In this document: in pieces, positions 61,723 to 64,000 of the stretch
How the letters are laid out: each line of letters starts with the position of its first letter
Numbering within the stretch: position 1 is the stretch's first letter
From: Obrimoposthia wandeli
Taxonomy: Eukaryota
Assembly: GCA_977020255.1 (NCBI GenBank)
Contig: CDROCS010004529.1
Location: 62,001 to 126,000, forward strand
Direction of reading: 5' to 3'
DNA length: 64,000 nt
Translations under genes and position numbers: made by a program
Notes under the pieces: generated by a model
Databases searched by the model: none
Seen by the model: the letters and a program-made list of their open reading frames with translations, nothing else
What the model was told of the DNA's origin: nothing

Positions 61723-62901
61723 TTAGCGGCTTATAATTGGCATTTCACGCCATGCGCGTTGATGCAGCATTTCGCAGCCATTTTCAGTGATCACAATGTT
61801 CTCTTCGTGAACCATCATCTTATTTGCAGCGAATGTCATGCCTGGTTCTAAAGTAAGAATCATGCCAGGCTCAAGCACTACATTTCCCCCTTCTACATTT
61901 GAAGGCCATTCTGTCAGTTGCATACCCAAACCATGGCCCATGCGGCCAACATCATTGCCTAATGCTCCCGTTTTTTCCATCACTGTCCACATCGCTTGCC
62001 AAACATCGCCAGTGGTACGCCCAGGCGCTGCAATGTTAAGTCCTGCCTCTGTTGATTGATAAACAGCATCGTAAGCGGCAACACTTTGCGCTGTGGTGTT
62101 TGAAAATGCGTAATTGCGATCATAATCACTGAAATAGCCATCAAAACAAGCGCCGGTATCAATAATGAGAATATCGCCTTCGCTCAGCACTCTATCAGTT
62201 GGGCCCATAATGATATTATCGTAGCCACCTTGCCCTGATGCAGAAATAAGATAAGGACAGCTATCTGCACCTAAACGCAGCATTTCAATATGCATTAATT
62301 TGCACGCTTCGCGCTCTGTCATACCTATGCGTAAATGATCTTTTAAATACTCAAATCCAGCCGCCGTCACTTCACAACTAAAGCGCGTTTTAGCAATTTC
62401 GGCTGCAGATTTAACACTGCGTATCAACCGCATATCTAAAGAGATATCAACCGTTTCACAACCTTTAAGCATTGTGCACAACTGTTGATAATTATTAGCA
62501 GGCATACGCAAATGTGTTTCAGGCCCAAGCATTGCGCCAATGCGTTTATGCTTAACACTACATTCATTCAAGGTTTGCGCTAACTGAGAAATACCGTCAT
62601 CTTCGGGTCTAGGTGATGGCCAGCTGCGCACATCTTCAATCCAAGTTTCATCAAAGCCTGCTACCCCAATTTCTGGCACTACTGCAATAGGTACACCGCT
62701 ACTTGGAACAACTAAAAACCAAGGCCTTGTGGGACTTTCCCAAAATTGTGATTTAAAACCGCTGAAATAACGAAACTCAGGTTCCGTACAAAAAAACACG
62801 GCATCTATGTTTTTTTCCAGCATCGCGCGCTGTAACTTCTCAGTGCGCTGTGCAAACTCTTCATGATCAAAGCCACGGCTCGGTGCAACAAGGTTGGACA
62901 T
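61723..62901 (-). CDS. M24-family Xaa-Pro peptidase-like protein
   Basis: Creatinase-N domain; metal ligands in IDTG..DGYFSD, GHGLG, TLEPG, VHEEN. Confidence 0.9.
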   Translation of the reverse strand: MSNLVAPSRGFDHEEFAQRTEKLQRAMLEKNIDAVFFCTEPEFRYFSGFKSQFWESPTRPWFLVVPSSGVPIAVVPEIGVAGFDETWIEDVRSWPSPRPEDDGISQLAQTLNECSVKHKRIGAMLGPETHLRMPANNYQQLCTMLKGCETVDISLDMRLIRSVKSAAEIAKTRFSCEVTAAGFEYLKDHLRIGMTEREACKLMHIEMLRLGADSCPYLISASGQGGYDNIIMGPTDRVLSEGDILIIDTGACFDGYFSDYDRNYAFSNTTAQSVAAYDAVYQSTEAGLNIAAPGRTTGDVWQAMWTVMEKTGALGNDVGRMGHGLGMQLTEWPSNVEGGNVVLEPGMILTLEPGMTFAANKMMVHEENIVITENGCEMLHQRAWREMPIISR

Positions 62902-62926
62902 AACAAATCCTCTGATATTAGGCGGG

Positions 62927-64000
62927 TTATTCGCTTAAAATATTTTGTGTTAGCTGCACCCAGTACTGAGCACCTGATGTTAAAATTTCGTCGTTAAAAT
63001 CATATTTTGGATTATGCAAAGCACAGCCACCTACTGAATCAACACCATTACCCAGCAAACCATAACAACCTGGTTTTACTCTTAACATACTGGAAAAATC
63101 TTCAGAGATAGTAAAAGGCTCGCAACTTGCATTTACATTTTCAACGCCCAACACCTGCTGTGCAGCTTTTACAACATGTACTGTTTCATCAACTGAATTC
63201 ACCAGTGGATAAAATGCATGGCCAAAGGTGAATTTATGTTCAGCACCCGCAGCTTGGCAAACACCAGCCACTATCTGTGACATACGTAATTCAAGCTTCG
63301 CTAACGCCTGCTCACTAAAGCAGCGACAATCTCCTTTAATCACAACTTGCGACGGAATTACATTTATCGTGCCATCCGTAATAAACTCAGTAGCAGAAAT
63401 GACCGACGTTTCACTGATCGCGCTCATATTCCTCGAAGTAATAGTTTGCAACGCCAGTATAATTTGTGAGCCAACCACGATAGGGTCAACTCCCATGTGA
63501 GGCATCGCAGCGTGACCACCAATACCGTTTACTTCAATTTCAAAACTACTTTCGCTCGCCATTAATGAGCCAGGTCTTACCGCAAAAGTACCGGCTGCTA
63601 GTCCCGGAAGATTATGTAGCCCGTAAACACTGTCCATCGGAAAACGCTCGAACAAGCCGTCATCTATCATCGCCTGTGCACCTTCACCGTGCTCTTCATC
63701 TGGCTGAAAAATAAAATGCACAGTGCCATTGAAGTTTTTACTCTGTGCTAGGTAAGCGGCAGCACCTAACAACATACTGCTGTGGCCATCATGGCCGCAT
63801 GCGTGCATTTTTCCACTATTTTTAGAGCTATGCGAAAACTCATTTTGCTCTTGTATATGCAAAGCATCCATATCGGCGCGCAAACCGATACTTGCGCTGC
63901 CTGTGCCATTTTTCAAAATGCCAACTAAACCTGTTTGGCCAATATTGCGTACCACTTCAACGCCAAAGCTGGTTAGCTTATCTGCAATAAAATCAGCGGT
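62927..64000 (-). CDS. M20D amidohydrolase (hippurate hydrolase-like), 5' end beyond the window
   Basis: LRADMDAL, MHACGHDGH, FQPDEEHG, GLHN, SEDF, LHNPKYDFND; frame stays open to the window edge. Confidence 0.92.
   Translation of the reverse strand, partial: TADFIADKLTSFGVEVVRNIGQTGLVGILKNGTGSASIGLRADMDALHIQEQNEFSHSSKNSGKMHACGHDGHSSMLLGAAAYLAQSKNFNGTVHFIFQPDEEHGEGAQAMIDDGLFERFPMDSVYGLHNLPGLAAGTFAVRPGSLMASESSFEIEVNGIGGHAAMPHMGVDPIVVGSQIILALQTITSRNMSAISETSVISATEFITDGTINVIPSQVVIKGDCRCFSEQALAKLELRMSQIVAGVCQAAGAEHKFTFGHAFYPLVNSVDETVHVVKAAQQVLGVENVNASCEPFTISEDFSSMLRVKPGCYGLLGNGVDSVGGCALHNPKYDFNDEILTSGAQYWVQLTQNILSE

Noticed and set aside
61723-62901. Calling the M24 protein DMSP lyase DddP
   Set aside because: It is shorter than DddP as I recall it, and no DddP-specific motif could be confirmed by eye.
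1202-63500. Many short ORFs antisense to or overlapping real genes (for example 1202-1510, 8007-8324, 10289-10624, 24288-24734, 38495-39145)
   Set aside because: They shadow well-supported genes on the opposite strand or in another frame, and have no recognisable motifs.
1-64000. CRISPR array, tRNA, rRNA, prophage, integron or defence operon
   Set aside because: No regularly spaced repeat-spacer array, tRNA T-loop signature, integrase, or phage or defence domains were seen by eye.

Overview
AT-rich chromosomal segment (roughly 40% GC, by eye) of a gammaproteobacterium with Pseudomonadales/Oceanospirillales-like gene order. Left half (1-28 kb) is accessory metabolism: SGNH hydrolase, qmcA/NfeD, three Lrp/AsnC regulators, a DUF1127-like small gene, ushA, a FAD monooxygenase pseudogene, glcDEF with divergent glcC and a TSUP transporter, an S66 LD-carboxypeptidase, a class V PLP enzyme, tas, a methionine gamma-lyase-like enzyme, a GGDEF protein, tdh-kbl with an XRE-cupin regulator, and a DppA-type D-aminopeptidase. 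Right half is mostly core: rlmI-like, ubiI-ubiH-pepP-ygfB, zapB-like/zapA, ubiE-ubiJ, hemJ, pgk-epd-tkt, metK-rsmE-gshB-tonB-ruvX-pyrR-pyrB-pyrC', ubiD, rho, trxA, pckA, hslO, hslR, yrfG, nudE, then M24 and M20 peptidases. No rRNA, tRNA, CRISPR array, prophage or transposase was seen. The most notable unannotated signal is non-coding: three sequence-unrelated families of about 160-bp fold-back, MITE/ERIC-like elements. Family A has two copies (about 3315-3479 and 32947-33113). Family B has CTAG target duplication and interrupts the monooxygenase gene (6348-6506). Family C is a 165-nt rod-like hairpin (16324-16488). There is also an IS200/IS605-like palindrome cluster (61542-61667), a decayed yqgE/algH remnant, a DUF1127-like gene wrapped in RNA hairpins, and candidate operators for local regulators. 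All alignments and pairings were done by eye; product calls rest on motif recognition, not database searches.
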